A DNA stretch of 61,881 nucleotides, filler included, from Perkinsus olseni (lineage: Eukaryota): the NCBI GenBank assembly GCA_013115125.1. It is 10 parts of 10 records of this genome, joined end to end, with 100 filler letters (N's around TTAATTAATTAA, not from the genome) between each part and the next. Parts side by side here need not be neighbours in the genome. Positions count along the whole stretch, not along the records: positions 49,634 to 55,710 come from JABANN010001131.1; positions 55,811 to 61,881 come from JABANN010001132.1; 8 more parts are not named here. The stretch is one strand, 5' to 3'. Made by a program: the position numbers and the translations under genes. Below the pieces are notes generated by a model. That model was not told where the DNA came from. It saw nothing but the letters and a program-made list of their open reading frames with translations, and did not search any database. Shown here one piece after another: positions 49,534 through 61,881 of the stretch (the stretch's first letter is position 1; every line of letters starts with the position of its first letter).

Positions 49534-52506
49534 NNNNNNNNNNNNNNNNNNNNNNNNNNNNNNNNNNNNNNNNNNNNTTAATTAATTAANNNNNNNNNNN
49601 NNNNNNNNNNNNNNNNNNNNNNNNNNNNNNNNNCCGCAGCTATACCCCTATACTGGCTATCACCCGCCCGGTCGGAGGGGTGCTGCACAAGAAGAAGAAG
49701 AAGAAGTAATACGATCAGTATCCATAATTTTCTCTGGTCTCACCTCAAATCCTCTCTGACAGAGGAGTTGCCGGAGCTGTAACATCAGTGTGTGTGCAGC
49801 AGAGCGGCAGCAGAGGAGTATATCATCCATATAGGATGTTAAAAACACCCTGGAGGAGCGGAGCACAGTGTTTCAAAAGTAAGCGAGGCAGTCTCGCACT
49901 GCCGTTTCTAAACACCATGGACTCAACGCTAGTCCATACGGAAGGAATAAAAATTTACAGAGAGTTCTCGTGCCATCACTGAATACGACTTGTACAGTAG
50001 TAATAGAACTTAATACACTACCTAAGGAAATGCCTAAAAAGGCATCCTTAATATCTAATATACAATGGGATCGGTACGCTCTCATACCAACAATAATATC
50101 CTCAATTTTTTCTTGAGGGAAGCTTAGGGCCTTGCACTGAGAGTCGATATACCGATTAGGATAGACAGCCGTCAATACGACTCGATACCTTTTTCCTCTC
50201 ACCACGTAAAAATTTTGTACCGATACCACCGAAGAAGATACACTTGCTGTAAGAGGGCGTAGTTTACCATCGCACATCCAATTGCGCCATATACTATCAC
50301 TAGCAGGCCACTCCGCGGTGTTAGCCCTAACCATATTGCTATGAAGAGCCGAGAATCGAGAAAAGGCGTTGTGACCGATAGGAGGCACGACATTGGGCAT
50401 GATCTCAGCTGTATAACCAACCTGTTTCGTCTTCACGTCCTCAGTGATATACAACGTTATCCAGCCTTCATCTTTAACCACCCTGAGGACTCGTCTATTC
50501 CTCGGTAGAGTCTTCGCAGTAGGCGGTAATGCTGTCGAAGTCGGAGACCGCGATGATACAGGGTTATTACGGATAGCATCAGTAGATGGAGGTAAAACTG
50601 AGGCACTTGAGGGCAAACCTTTGTCATCGACACCATGAGTATAAGAACGCGTCACAAGAGACGGCGAAGACGACCGAGCCACTCCAGCCACGGGAGGTGG
50701 CAAAGGCGACCGTGCCACTGCAGCCACGGGAGATGGCGAAGGTCTAGCTACTCCAACCACGGGAGCAGAAGAAGAGCTTCGAGCAACAGACGAAGCAGTT
50801 AAAGATACAGTACGGTCACCAGATGGAAGGCCTCTATGTAATGGTATATCAGATAATCCTCGTATACGAAGGACCGGGTAATTCCCACCAAAATCAATAG
50901 TAGCACACGCGTCTCGTAGGAAATGACGACCAGCAAGTATAGATACCGAGACCAAATTATCCACAATCAAGAAAGTCTCTCTTATGAAACCAGAATACGA
51001 ACCCGCAGGAATAGACAGCGGCAAAATAACAAAACCAGTAACTTTAATATCATGACCACTTGCTGAATGCAATAAAGATCGCGGCTAACGGGCAAGTCCA
51101 CACCCAAAGAAGCATAAAACGCCGCAGATATAAGGTTATAAGGGGAACCAGTATCGATTATAAGATCAATCGATTTACCCCTAATTTTACAAGGGAAAGA
51201 AATAATATCATGACCACACTCATTGCCGATAGATCCCACTAATGAGTCTCCTGACCATTCTTCTGGAGGAACATTACATTGGGGGCCACTTCTTCCTCCA
51301 CAGGAGCAGTCCCATTTCCGTTTTCCTGTGACGGTAATGACATACCAGGTGTGGTAGGAGGCATAGCAGGGCCATATGGTTGGGGCGAGGAAGAGAACGG
51401 GGCAGGAGCATAGGATAATTGCGGCACTGCAACTGGAACATAGTTAACAGAAGATCCTGGTTGTTGAAGTTGTACATTATATGGAGATGAATTTTGGTAG
51501 GTTCTCTCACGATACCCATTACCATTGTTGGGACGGCCAGAACCAAAACGATCTTGAGAGCCCGAACCATTACGCAATGAAGCTTGAAGCTTCCTACAAT
51601 TGCGCCACTTATGGCCAGGTATACCACAAAAATCACAACGAAGTTGGCCATTACGAGCTTGATTACGATTACCATACCCATTTCCAGAGCGCCGCTGCGA
51701 TTTCTCATTGATAAAACTAATCATGGCATTAGCTAGGTTAGAAATAGCATTAATGGACGTATCATTAGAACCATTTTAACCATTCAATGCTTGTACTGAC
51801 GGAGCACTTTTATCACTTTGATCAGCTGCAGAAGCAACAGGGGCAGCAGTAGCAGAGGGAAGGGGCACCGACGAAGTTGGTAGATTAACCTGCAAAGGCT
51901 CAGCTTCACGAGTTGCCAACTGTATAGTATACAGTCTTTTAGCATATCGAACTACTTGCTTGGAGCTTGTAGCAGTATCCCTTGACTTCCTCATACCTTT
52001 CTGTAACGAGGCAGGTAAACCAGATATAAACCGAGATATCAGCAAGGACTCACGTGCACCAGTAGGCAGATTCAAACCATTTTGATCCAAGAGGGTGCCT
52101 AGGGCAAAACCATAATCATCTAAGGACTCAGTTTGTTCATTCCACTGTCTCGCTTGAAACAGGTCAAAACTCACAAAAGCCTCAGGTGAAAGTTCCTCCT
52201 TAAGAGCTCTCATAGCAGAATCTAACGTCGCAACATCAGACGCGGGTAGACCAATCCATGTAGATAACGCACTATCTGAAAGTAGAGTCGTTAATTTTAA
52301 CAAAGCGTCTGCGTCTGATCAAGCATTGGCGCGCGCGCATAACCGAAAGCGCTTCTCCCAAGCGGCAAAACTCGAATCACCGTCATAAACCGGGGGTAAA
52401 GCTGTATATCGTGAAGGTGTTGCCATTCTTATCCAAGCGTAATAAGAAGTATCAGTAAACGGTGTACAAAGAGGGCGGGGACGTTCAATAGACTTTTTGA
52501 CAAGGA

Positions 52507-52516
52507 GCTGCTACCA
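52507..52516 (-). promoter_or_regulatory. Primer-binding site, tRNA-iMet type
   Basis: TGGTAGCAGC two nt after the LTR end TTACA; complementary to the ...GCTGCTACCA end of an initiator tRNA beginning AGCAGC. Confidence 0.75.
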
Positions 52517-52518
52517 AA

Positions 52519-52789
52519 TGTAATTGGGAACTCAATACCCAAGGATAATAGGTAACAAGTATATAGAAGATAAGATAAGTGGTAATGGAACAGTGTAGTA
52601 GGCTATAAGTGAGCTAAGCTAAGATATCTGTATCATCACAGCTAACACAAGAGCATTACACTATATCTGCGCAGCAGGCTCCGAGTATGAGCATTATCTG
52701 GCGACTATTTGGCCTACGTTGAGTTATCACATCAGGGGCTTAGCACACCTTTGTTACGTATACGCTAGTACTACGAACCTAACTTTACA
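52519..52789 (-). repeat. Putative 271-bp LTR
   Basis: Bounded by TGTAA...TTACA, non-coding, adjacent to the PBS; second copy not in the contig. Confidence 0.7.
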
Positions 52790-55710
52790 TTATGGTGCCC
52801 GATGCAGGATCCGTTCTGGGGCAATTGAAGTACGAGGAGATTGAAGCCAAAGCTATTGATGGGGTCGATCTCACTTTGGAGTTTCAGAAGCTCCATCTTG
52901 AATGTTCTGATCGTGACGCTTTCAATAAGCTTGTATCTGCCATTCGCAGTAAGCTACACTGTAAGCTACACTGTTGGCCCCGAGTTCAAGATTATGGACT
53001 ATACTACGCTACGAAGATATGCCGAGCATCATGAAGAGGACCTCAACCAAAAGGAGCCTACTCAGGAGAAGTACAACAAGAAGTTGGACAAGAAACCTTA
53101 TCCAGCTACTGATGGTTCGTCTGAGAAGCTACAACTAAAATGTTCTCGATGTCTGAAGGTTGGTCATATGATGAAAAATTGTCGTGCTAGGTTCGGTGAT
53201 TATGCTAATAGATGTCATATTTGCGGTATCCGCAGTCATCAAGCAACTAATTGTCCCCAAACGGCTCCGAAATGTGTGGCATGTGGTAAGCATGGTCATT
53301 TGATCTATGTATGCCCTAACCTTATTTCTCAATCAAATGCGAAGTTTGCGGCGGAAACCCCCGCTGCTGCTGATGTGAAGAAAGAGGAATCTCAAGTCCA
53401 GGAGTATGCGTTGAAAATATCGCAAGACTCCATAGCTGATGCTCATGCAGTTGATGTTCTCAATGTTGATGATCAGCAAGCAGCTGATGCGTGGTCAGTA
53501 AAATTATCTACGAAGCCGAATTTATGCCCCATTACTATCGGAGATATTAGTATCTATGGTTTGGTTGATAGTGGCTCTTCAGCGGCTTTTATTAAATCGT
53601 CGATAGTAGATAAATCTAGAAGGGATACAAGTTACGTATTTATCCTATTCGCAACGTCTCAGCTATTTATGCTGATGGTAGTAAGAAGAATACTGAGAAA
53701 GAAGTATTACTACAGTGTTGTATTGCCAATAAGGTCTTCATATTGCCCTTGTTGGTAGTAGATGAGCTTAGCTATGATGCTATTCTAGGAAGGTCTGTTC
53801 TGGGAGTGATCGGTACTCAGATAGAGTATCATTACGGCACTTCCAATGATGTTGGTGATCTACAGTCAAAGCTTCAGGATGCTTTTGATGTTAATGATAA
53901 CGTCCAGCTGGCTTCTGCTGGACGCGATAACTCTGATGTTCGCGATGTGTCGAGTCTGCCAGTAAGCGAATCTGGTGGCTCTCGATCGCATCAGTCTGTT
54001 GCCATTAATGATTTTGCACACGTGCAGATCATTGGTTCTGATGTCATAGAACGCAATGGTCTATCGTTGGATTATAGCATCCTGAGTTCTGTTGCTGATG
54101 ATGGTATGGGCCATATCATATGGCATTACTTGACTCATCTGAAGAAGAAGTATCCTCAGATAGTCTCTCGCCTATCCCTCTTAAATCCAATATTGAACCT
54201 GCTGTCACGTCTTTCAAAAGCATCGAAGAATCCTTGAAGAGATTATCAGACTCTGGATGGCAGCCAGTGCCTAATGCTTCTGATTATCGTTATGCTTCGA
54301 ATAATTGAAGACTTAGAAGACCAAGTTCGAGACACCCCAAGTCGGCAGTACCGGTTCATCTTCGATTGGCCCTGTAAAGATCCTAAGAAGGCTAATATAT
54401 CTTGGACGCCCGACCATCTTCTTGCTCAGTTGAGTGATGAGCAACGAGACCTTTGGTTCAAGGAGCTGGATAAGTACGCCTCTCGAAGATGGTGGCAGCC
54501 TTTTGATGACAAGAAGCCGCATGATGCATTAATAGCATTTCCAGTAGTAGCTACTAGTGCATTGAAAACGACCCAAGTGCGTCCCGTATTGGATGCTCGC
54601 GCTGCGAATGCTTATAGTCCTAAAGCGAGCAATAAGAAACGGGATACGTGTGTGACGATCAGTAGCCTCCGTAGTTCTATGAAGCAGAACCTTTCTGCTA
54701 AGCAATATGATTTATCGAAAGCCTTTTATCGGCTGGCGATAGCCCATCCGGTGGTTATTGATTTTGGTGAAAACCCCACTACTGGTCGTTCAGTGATGAT
54801 GAGATGTTCTCGATTGGCCTTCGGCCTTTCAATAGGGCCAGCAGGCTTAGAATCCTCTCTCGATAGATTATTCGAAATCTCGAGATCATTTCATCCTTCT
54901 GTTACTTGCATTCGTATCATGGACGACATAGTAGCTATAGGATTATATGACGACCTAGTTAAGTTCGAGAAGGATTTACTATACATTCTTGACCTTTGCG
55001 GCTTTGATGTGCCACCCAATAAGATGAACTCGTGGAGTGGTGATTCATGGTCTCGTTGGCTTGGCTGTGATTGTAAATGGGACGGCTCTCAGCTACTGGT
55101 AAAAGTTTCCAACATCGACTACAAGCCCATCACAACAAAACGTCAAGCATTCTCAGAAGCTGGTAAATATCTGCGGTTGTGCGAGTCAATTCCTGGAGTA
55201 CAAGCACGAGGTCATGCCGACATAGTCCGTAAACTTTCAGGTCAAGAAGCTGAAGACTGGGATGTGCCTTTGTCTACCTCCACCACAAGAATGGTAAATC
55301 AAAATCTAGAAGCACCTGCCACCGCATGGAACTTCATCCCAGCTGAGGTTCCACTCTATTCATCAACTGAGAGGATGTTAATATCTCATGATGCCTCGAA
55401 GGATGCTTATGCTTCAGTACGATATGATTGCACTTATTCTCAACCTATTGTGTTAGGAGCTCAATCTCATCTCTTTCCTAACACAGCTATCGCTTGGCAT
55501 GCGAATAGACGGGAACTTTATTGCATTGATCAACGTTATCCACGCAAAACGTTCATTCAGCATGCGATTTTCTTCCGAGATAGATGCCAACAGCTGAAAG
55601 GCTCCGGGACAGTTGCAATCACCGGAGCATCATCATAGTGTTAGTAGTCTGCCCATTGAGAACACTGCTCTGGTTTGAGTTTGACATAGATAACCGTACT
55701 GTTTGAAGTG
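52790..55710 (+). mobile_element. Decayed LTR retrotransposon related to the 18698-24752 element
   Basis: Three CCHC knuckles (CSRC, CHIC, CVAC), LVDSGS protease, YDLSKAFY, LAFGLSIGP, IMDD, SHDASKDAY, RRELY; several frameshifts. Confidence 0.85.
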
Positions 55711-55975
55711 NNNNNNNNNNNNNNNNNNNNNNNNNNNNNNNNNNNNNNNNNNNNTTAATTAATTAANNNNNNNNNNNNNNNNNNNNNNNNNNNNNNNNNN
55801 NNNNNNNNNNATAACAAAGACTAACACCAAGCAACGATGGCAGCAGCAGCACGATGCTAATAATGATGACTATGATAATGTTGATCTATTATTATATCCG
55901 GGCGAGCGCTTTTTGCGCTCCTCCGATTCTACATTCTCCGTCTTGTAACTGTCCTCGTCGGTGGATGGTGCGATT

Positions 55976-57258
55976 ATGAAGCGTCGACGAATAAGTTATT
56001 CTGAGTGTGGTGGTGGTGGTAGGGTGTATAAGATATTGGTAGTAGGGGATGGTAATCTATCATATTCAAGGGACCTAGCTGAGAGTACCATGATACATGG
56101 ACTGCCGGATACTACCGTTATATATGCTACTACCTATGAAGATGAACTACAACTCAATCATAAGTAGTAATGATGACGATGCTAGTACTGATATCGGTAA
56201 TGATTAGTGATGATAGTAGGTATACAAAAGATGTCATTGATGAGCATAAAAGGAGGCTTATTGAACTAGGACATAAGGTGTATCATAGTGTTGATGCTAC
56301 TAATATAAGTAGTACATTGATAGCACGACTTGGTAGTGATAATGATAATAAGGATATAACATTTGATAGGATCATATTTGTAATAATATTATCATCATCA
56401 TTATCATGACTATACTCCCTCCTTAGATGCATCCCTTGGTATGTATTGATGATAAGATAAGATGTGGTATGCTCGTTAAATCAACACCAGGAGGTTTCAA
56501 CATCATCAACATGCTCATGTTAATGCAATTCCTAATATCATCATCAACGTACATATGTAGTGGTGGTGGTGAGGTATGGATAACCATTAAGAATGTATAC
56601 CCCTATACATGGTGGAATATACCATTATTACCATCATACTACCAAAACAACAACAACAATAACAGCAGCAGCAGCAGAATGGTAGTATACACCGGTACAT
56701 TAGATAATGATAACAGGAGGAGTAGGGATCATGATGATGATGGTACGGAGATGATAGACAATGTTCGTGTAATAGAAGATACCATAAAAAGAGTAACATT
56801 ATCTTCTTATGGGAGTAATACTAGGGATTATCGTTATTATCAACCACGTAATGTTGATCGTAATGCATCATTCAACTTGACTTCACCTATAACATATGTA
56901 ATAATAATATGACGACGGCGACGGCGATATGATCCACACTACAATGATGATCTAGGTCTTTGCACTACCACCACCACCGCCGTCATGTGCTGATGAAGTT
57001 AGAATTGGTAATGATGGTAGCAGCAGCAGTACTAACAATGATGATGTTACTATTAAATGTTCGATATGTGATATACAGTGTAGTAACAATATCAGGGATG
57101 GTGATGATAGAATGAGGTATTCAGGTACTAGTAGTGATGATCTAGGTAAACATAAGAAAAGCCGTAAACATAGACAACGTCATCAACTACATACACTTTT
57201 CATACGAACCCTACAACAACAACAACAAGGAGAAGAAGAAGGAGAGGAGGAGCGATAA
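55976..57258 (+). CDS. BMT5-like 25S rRNA uridine-N3 methyltransferase domain (DUF2431) with a C-terminal C2H2-like zinc finger
   Basis: KILVVGDGNLSYSRDL, ATTYE, VYHSVDAT, FDRIIF|MHP, PYTWWNI; C-terminal CSICD...HKKSRKH. Confidence 0.82.
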
Positions 57259-57537
57259 TAGCAAGGTAGTATCGGTTATAGTAACTGTACCATTGTAATA
57301 ATGATTCTGCTGAATCATCATGATGATGATGATGATCATTGATGGTCATGCTACTACTACCACCAACAACAGCATCACTACTGTTCTTCCTATCATCATC
57401 ATCATCATCATCGCTACTATCACTACCGGACTAGGGAACAGGGATACGTTTCTACATGCCTTGTGGACTATTGCGTTGTTAGTCATTCTCATTAATAGCG
57501 TCCATGATGATGATGATCCGCCCGTAGTTGGTCTAAG

Positions 57538-58903
57538 ATGCCCCCTCGGACCCCTCGACCGTCATCATCAGTATCAGGATCAGTATCATGTAGTAGTAGC
57601 AGTAGTAAGATAGCAGATTATTACAGCCTATTGGGTGTATCAAGTGACGCATCAATAGACGATATTAGGCATGCCTTCTATGATATATGCAGGTAGTAGT
57701 AGTAGTAAGAAGGAGAAGTCTGATGCATCAGACTACTGTGTTGTAGGAGATATCATCCCGACAAGGTAACACCTAAGAATACTAAGGAGAATACTAACCA
57801 TAGTAGCAACAACAACAACAACACCGATGAGATGATAAAGACGATGCCCGGTGGTGATGATGATGATGATGCTACGTTGGGTAAGGGCACTAATACAACT
57901 TCTACTACCACTACTACTACCACCACCCAAGAGCAGCAGCAGCATTCGCAGCATTCGCAGCAGCAGCATTCAGCCTTGTCATCTGCTTTGGAGCATTGGA
58001 CCGCCATACAAGCTGCTTGGAAATGTCTGTCTAATGATACTAAACGTATTATATATGATATAAGAAGGGAAGGGAGGATGGTTACTGAGGATGATAGTAA
58101 TAGATTATTACTCTTACTGAAGGCCCAAGCAAAGAGGGATATTGATAATATGCAACATGAATATCATAGAATATTAAAAAGGGAAAAGAAAAGGAATGGT
58201 GTAATCATCATCAAGGTAATGCAATAGACGGTAGTATCGGTAGATGACAGTAGGCTACTCAGTAGGCCATATTTGGTAACCTAACCCCGAAGGATGGTAA
58301 TCAACACCACCACCACCACCAACAGCAACAGCAGGATGATGATTATGATGATGTTGGTGTTGAAGGACCATACATTGATGTAACGTTACCATTACAATGT
58401 ACTGTGGATACTCATAAGGTACTCATACCAACAACAACAACAACAACAACAAGAAGAAGCAGTCACTACTACTACTGTACTGTTATAGGTGATACTGGCA
58501 GCTGGACTGGCTAAGTCCGATATACCGGGATTTTATAATCCGATACCGTTACATTTACAACAACAATACGGTAGAGACGCAGATGGTACTAGTATGGAGG
58601 CAGCATCATTATATGTCGTGTAATGATGATGATGATGATGATGATGATGATTATCATTGCCATTATTATTATGAGTATTATTATTATGATGATGTTAGGT
58701 ACGAATTCAAGGGTAAATTGCATGAAGTAACTGTTAATGATACCGACCCGTTGTGGCTACCATTAAAGTCACACGCCATTCCACAGAATGGTAAATTAAG
58801 AGGGCCACGTCCACGACAGCCAGAAGAAGAGGTTAAGGAAGACGATGATGGAGGTGTTAGGGGAGAAGGTATTAGTAGTAGGAGAGGTGTGAATGCTATA
58901 TGA
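57538..58903 (+). CDS. DNAJC11-like J-domain protein
   Basis: DYYSLLGVSSDAS...RYHPDK...AWKCLSNDTKRIIYD; C-terminal GVIIIKAIFGNL, IDVTLPLQC, KSDIPGFYNP, YEFKGKLHEVTVND (DUF3395-like). Confidence 0.82.
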
Positions 58904-59396
58904 GTTGGTCATAATGTAGATAATAACATCACCGTACCTCCTACTCCTCCTGAGGTTGGTATGAAAGATAAGGCCAGCTTTCCTTCTCCTCCTCGCTCCT
59001 CCTTATGCCAGTATCGAGTATTGGGTTATATGTATAATACAACCAAGACGTGGTTATCGTTATATTCCAATTATGATATTACCAGTATCATTATTACTAC
59101 CACATCACTCGCAACAGCAGCAACAATACTGGCCTTAGGCTGGAAGTGGGCTAGAAAAGGTAGTAGTAGTAGGGGCATCATAACATCGTCATCATAACTA
59201 CATCATGTGGTATTGCAGGTAGTAGTAGTAGTACAAGCATAACAACACTACTAGGACACAGATGATGTTGATGATAATATTCACAGCGCTGCAATAAGTA
59301 TAAATAATGAATTATCTACTACTATTCATTCCCTTATTGCTTGTGTCATAATAATCATGTTACTGCAACAGTTAGTGCTGCTGCTGCTCCTCACAG

Positions 59397-60836
59397 TTGG
59401 TGCCTTTCCGTCATCATCATAACCAAAGTAGCATGCGTGCCGATCCGAGATGTTTTCTATCAACGGTAACCGGTAATAGACAACAACATAAAGTGAGGGA
59501 AAGATTCGCAGCAAAGGTAATACTGATAATAGTAATAATATCTAAGATGATAATGATAATGGTGATGATGATGATAGCACTCAGGATAATGATGATGGTC
59601 ATTTGGCATTTGATCAACTGGGAAGATTTTCGATACCACCCGAGGCTGGATTCCCACCTAAAGGGAAGTTCATATTGAAGGTGTACCAAGTTACCGAACA
59701 AGAACAACAAGGAGAGGGGCAAACAACAGGAGGAGGAGGAGGAGGAGGAGGAGGAGGACAGAAGTTAGTGGGAACGCAAGTGAGTGAATAGTAAGCATAG
59801 TGGGTCATGATGATGGTGATGGTGATGTTAGCTATCCCAACTACCTCTTGATGATCATAGAGGTCTTATATTCGGAAGTGAATTCGAGAATATAACTGAA
59901 GATAATTTAATATTGGATCGTGGCCAAGGAGTGCATAATCAACATGTTGCTATATGGTATTCAACCCAGAGGCAAAGGATGATGATACAGTCAATTAACG
60001 GTACTACCACTATACATAGTATAACAAGGGCAGCTCATACTTTGATAAATAGTGATAAATATTTGTTATCAAACAAGACACCAAATACCTTAAAGGTGAT
60101 AATCCTAGGAATAGTGGCAGAAGAGTTATTGTTACTTATTTAGTTGCAAATAACACCTCTGGATGGTAAGAAGGCTTTTACTGCTGATAAATGTTTATTC
60201 ACCATATCCACGCCACCACAAGGATCACAACAACAACAAACTAACAGCAAAGATAAGAAGCAACAACAACAACAACAACCCATGAAGTTATACTTCGTTG
60301 AGGGTCCACATTGCGGTACGAAGGCGGGGGGTAGTAGAAGAATGAATCATGTTGTATAGGTCCTGATAGACGTACTGCAGAAAGGCTACAACAACAACAA
60401 CAACAAGAGAGACAAGCAAGAGATAGAGCAAGGGAAGATGATAGGCCCGGTGGTGGTACTACGACAGGCGGGCATTATAGAGGTAGTAGGGATAGGATGG
60501 TAAGGTAGTGGTAGTATTCTGATGAGTATTATTATTGTTATTATTACAGGTAGTAGTGGTACTCGTAACAGGCTACGTCGTCAACCTAGAGATGACATTG
60601 TATTACAACGCGGGAGGCAAGACTATGATGATGATGATGATAGAAAGAGAAGTAGCAGAAGGAAGAGGAGTAGATCAAGGGATAGAAAGGATGATGATAA
60701 TAAAGGACTTAATAATAAATATGATACCGGGAGATCACCATCATTATCTCGTCATCATCATCGTCATCATCATCACCGTAGTAGTAGTAGTAGCAGAAGT
60801 GAGTACCATCGTCGTCATCATACTAGTCGACGATAA
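59397..60836 (+). CDS. Multi-exon protein with a possible FHA-like domain and Arg/Ser-rich tail
   Basis: Co-linear plus-strand exons; LIFGSE...VHNQHVAIWYS resembles FHA weakly; RSRSR tail. Confidence 0.45.
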
Positions 60837-60958
60837 TAATGGTTGTATCTTTACAACATCAACAACATCGTAAACTAGTACGTACCACTCGCGTAGATGT
60901 TGTGTTGTTGTAGTATGACGTGGAGTAATATGATGATGACAGTAGTAATATATGATTC

Positions 60959-61743
60959 ATGAAAAGGACAAGAGAAGAGGAGGCCACGAGTGATGGTGAT
61001 AGGAGTGGAGGGGTTGGTGGTGGTCGTGGTGGGTATGTTAATAATACATATAAAATGCATCCTCGAAATCGTCACATAAAACCGGTAGACTACAAGGAGT
61101 TATCGATTAAAACAGGATGTGAAGAATTGGCACAATACGTCTATCATAACAGGTTTGGTGGTTATAGTATCAATTACAATAATCGTAATGCCGTTAAGTG
61201 TTTAACTAAATGTATATTATTACATTTATACAACATCAAAGGATGGACTGTACCAGATGGATGTTTAATACCACCAGTGCCAACTAGAGAAAATTATATA
61301 CATCACCTAGCTGATCTGATACACCCTCAGCAGCAGCAGCAGCAGCAGTCATCATCAGAGTGTTACCGTGACACTTCGGTGAAGGGCATTGATGTTGGTA
61401 TTGGTGGTAATGGTATCTATTCATTACTTGGCTCTGCTTTGTACGGATGGCAAATGTTTGGTACTGAAGTATCACAAGAATCCATTGATAATGTACAAAG
61501 TATAATAGATAATAATAAAGATATTGTTAATATTACCATTAAAAAGCAAGAAGATAAGATGAAGATATTTGAGGGTTGTATTGTCCTTGAGGATACTTAC
61601 ACGTTCTCTATGTGCAATCCACCATTCTACGAAAATGATGATAATAATAAGGATGCTATGATGAATAGGAACCCATACAAAGACTATGGTGGATCTACAG
61701 TAGAGATGAGATGCCAAGGGGGCGAGCTAGGATTCCTAACAAG
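60959..61743 (+). CDS. METTL16: METTL16/RlmF-family RNA m6A methyltransferase, 3' truncated
   Basis: MHPRNRH, LIPPVPTRENYIHHLADL, GIDVGIGGNGIY, FGTEV, FSMCNPPFY, GGELGF. Confidence 0.93.
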
Positions 61744-61811
61744 GTAGTAAAAGGTGGGCATGATGATCATAACCGAGTAGTAATACTGTTGAGGAGTGAT
61801 ATCGTTATAGC

Positions 61812-61881
<70 letters not shown>

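Larger units (their letters stand above)
49634..52789 (-). mobile_element. Decayed LTR retrotransposon: 5' LTR, PBS, gag (ATG 52426), protease, RT
   Basis: PPVYDGDSSFAAWEKRF gag, CDFCGIPGHKWRNC knuckle, IIDTGS, LDIKDAF, LPYGLALSP, YMDD; in-frame stops (~52319, 51776) and frameshifts. Confidence 0.88.

Noticed and set aside
52318-52322. In-frame TGA at a conserved Trp position of gag, suggesting recoding
   Set aside because: The same element has another stop and frameshifts, and nuclear genes here use TGG for Trp and TGA as stop; simple decay.

Overview
This window is not one locus. It is ten unrelated eukaryotic contigs of about 6.1 kb, sorted by decreasing length (6138, 6134, 6125, 6094, 6092, 6091, 6080, 6079, 6077, 6071 bp) and joined by artificial 100-nt spacers (44 N + TTAATTAATTAA + 44 N). 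Short GT-AG introns, an alveolate-type CDPK, an alveolate-type iMet primer-binding site and microsatellite-rich gene-dense contigs suggest an alveolate, most likely Perkinsus (inference). Host genes: MAK21/CEBPZ, lipoate ligase, CDPK, polyprenol reductase, an intronless secreted protein, TBCE, an SDP1-like lipase, two enolase 5' ends in inverted orientation, BolA, BMT5-like, DNAJC11-like and METTL16, plus tRNA-Arg genes and many tRNA-derived fragments. Mobile DNA: a decayed hAT transposase, a tyrosine-recombinase (DIRS/Ngaro-like) retrotransposon and three LTR retrotransposons. The best leads are (1) BEL/Pao-like elements with non-canonical RT motifs (HVDD, IMDD) in an apparent protist, (2) tRNA 3' halves that sit exactly on spliceosomal splice sites in two genes, (3) the YR retroelement, (4) an old inverted enolase duplication and (5) near-perfect 26-28 bp palindromes.
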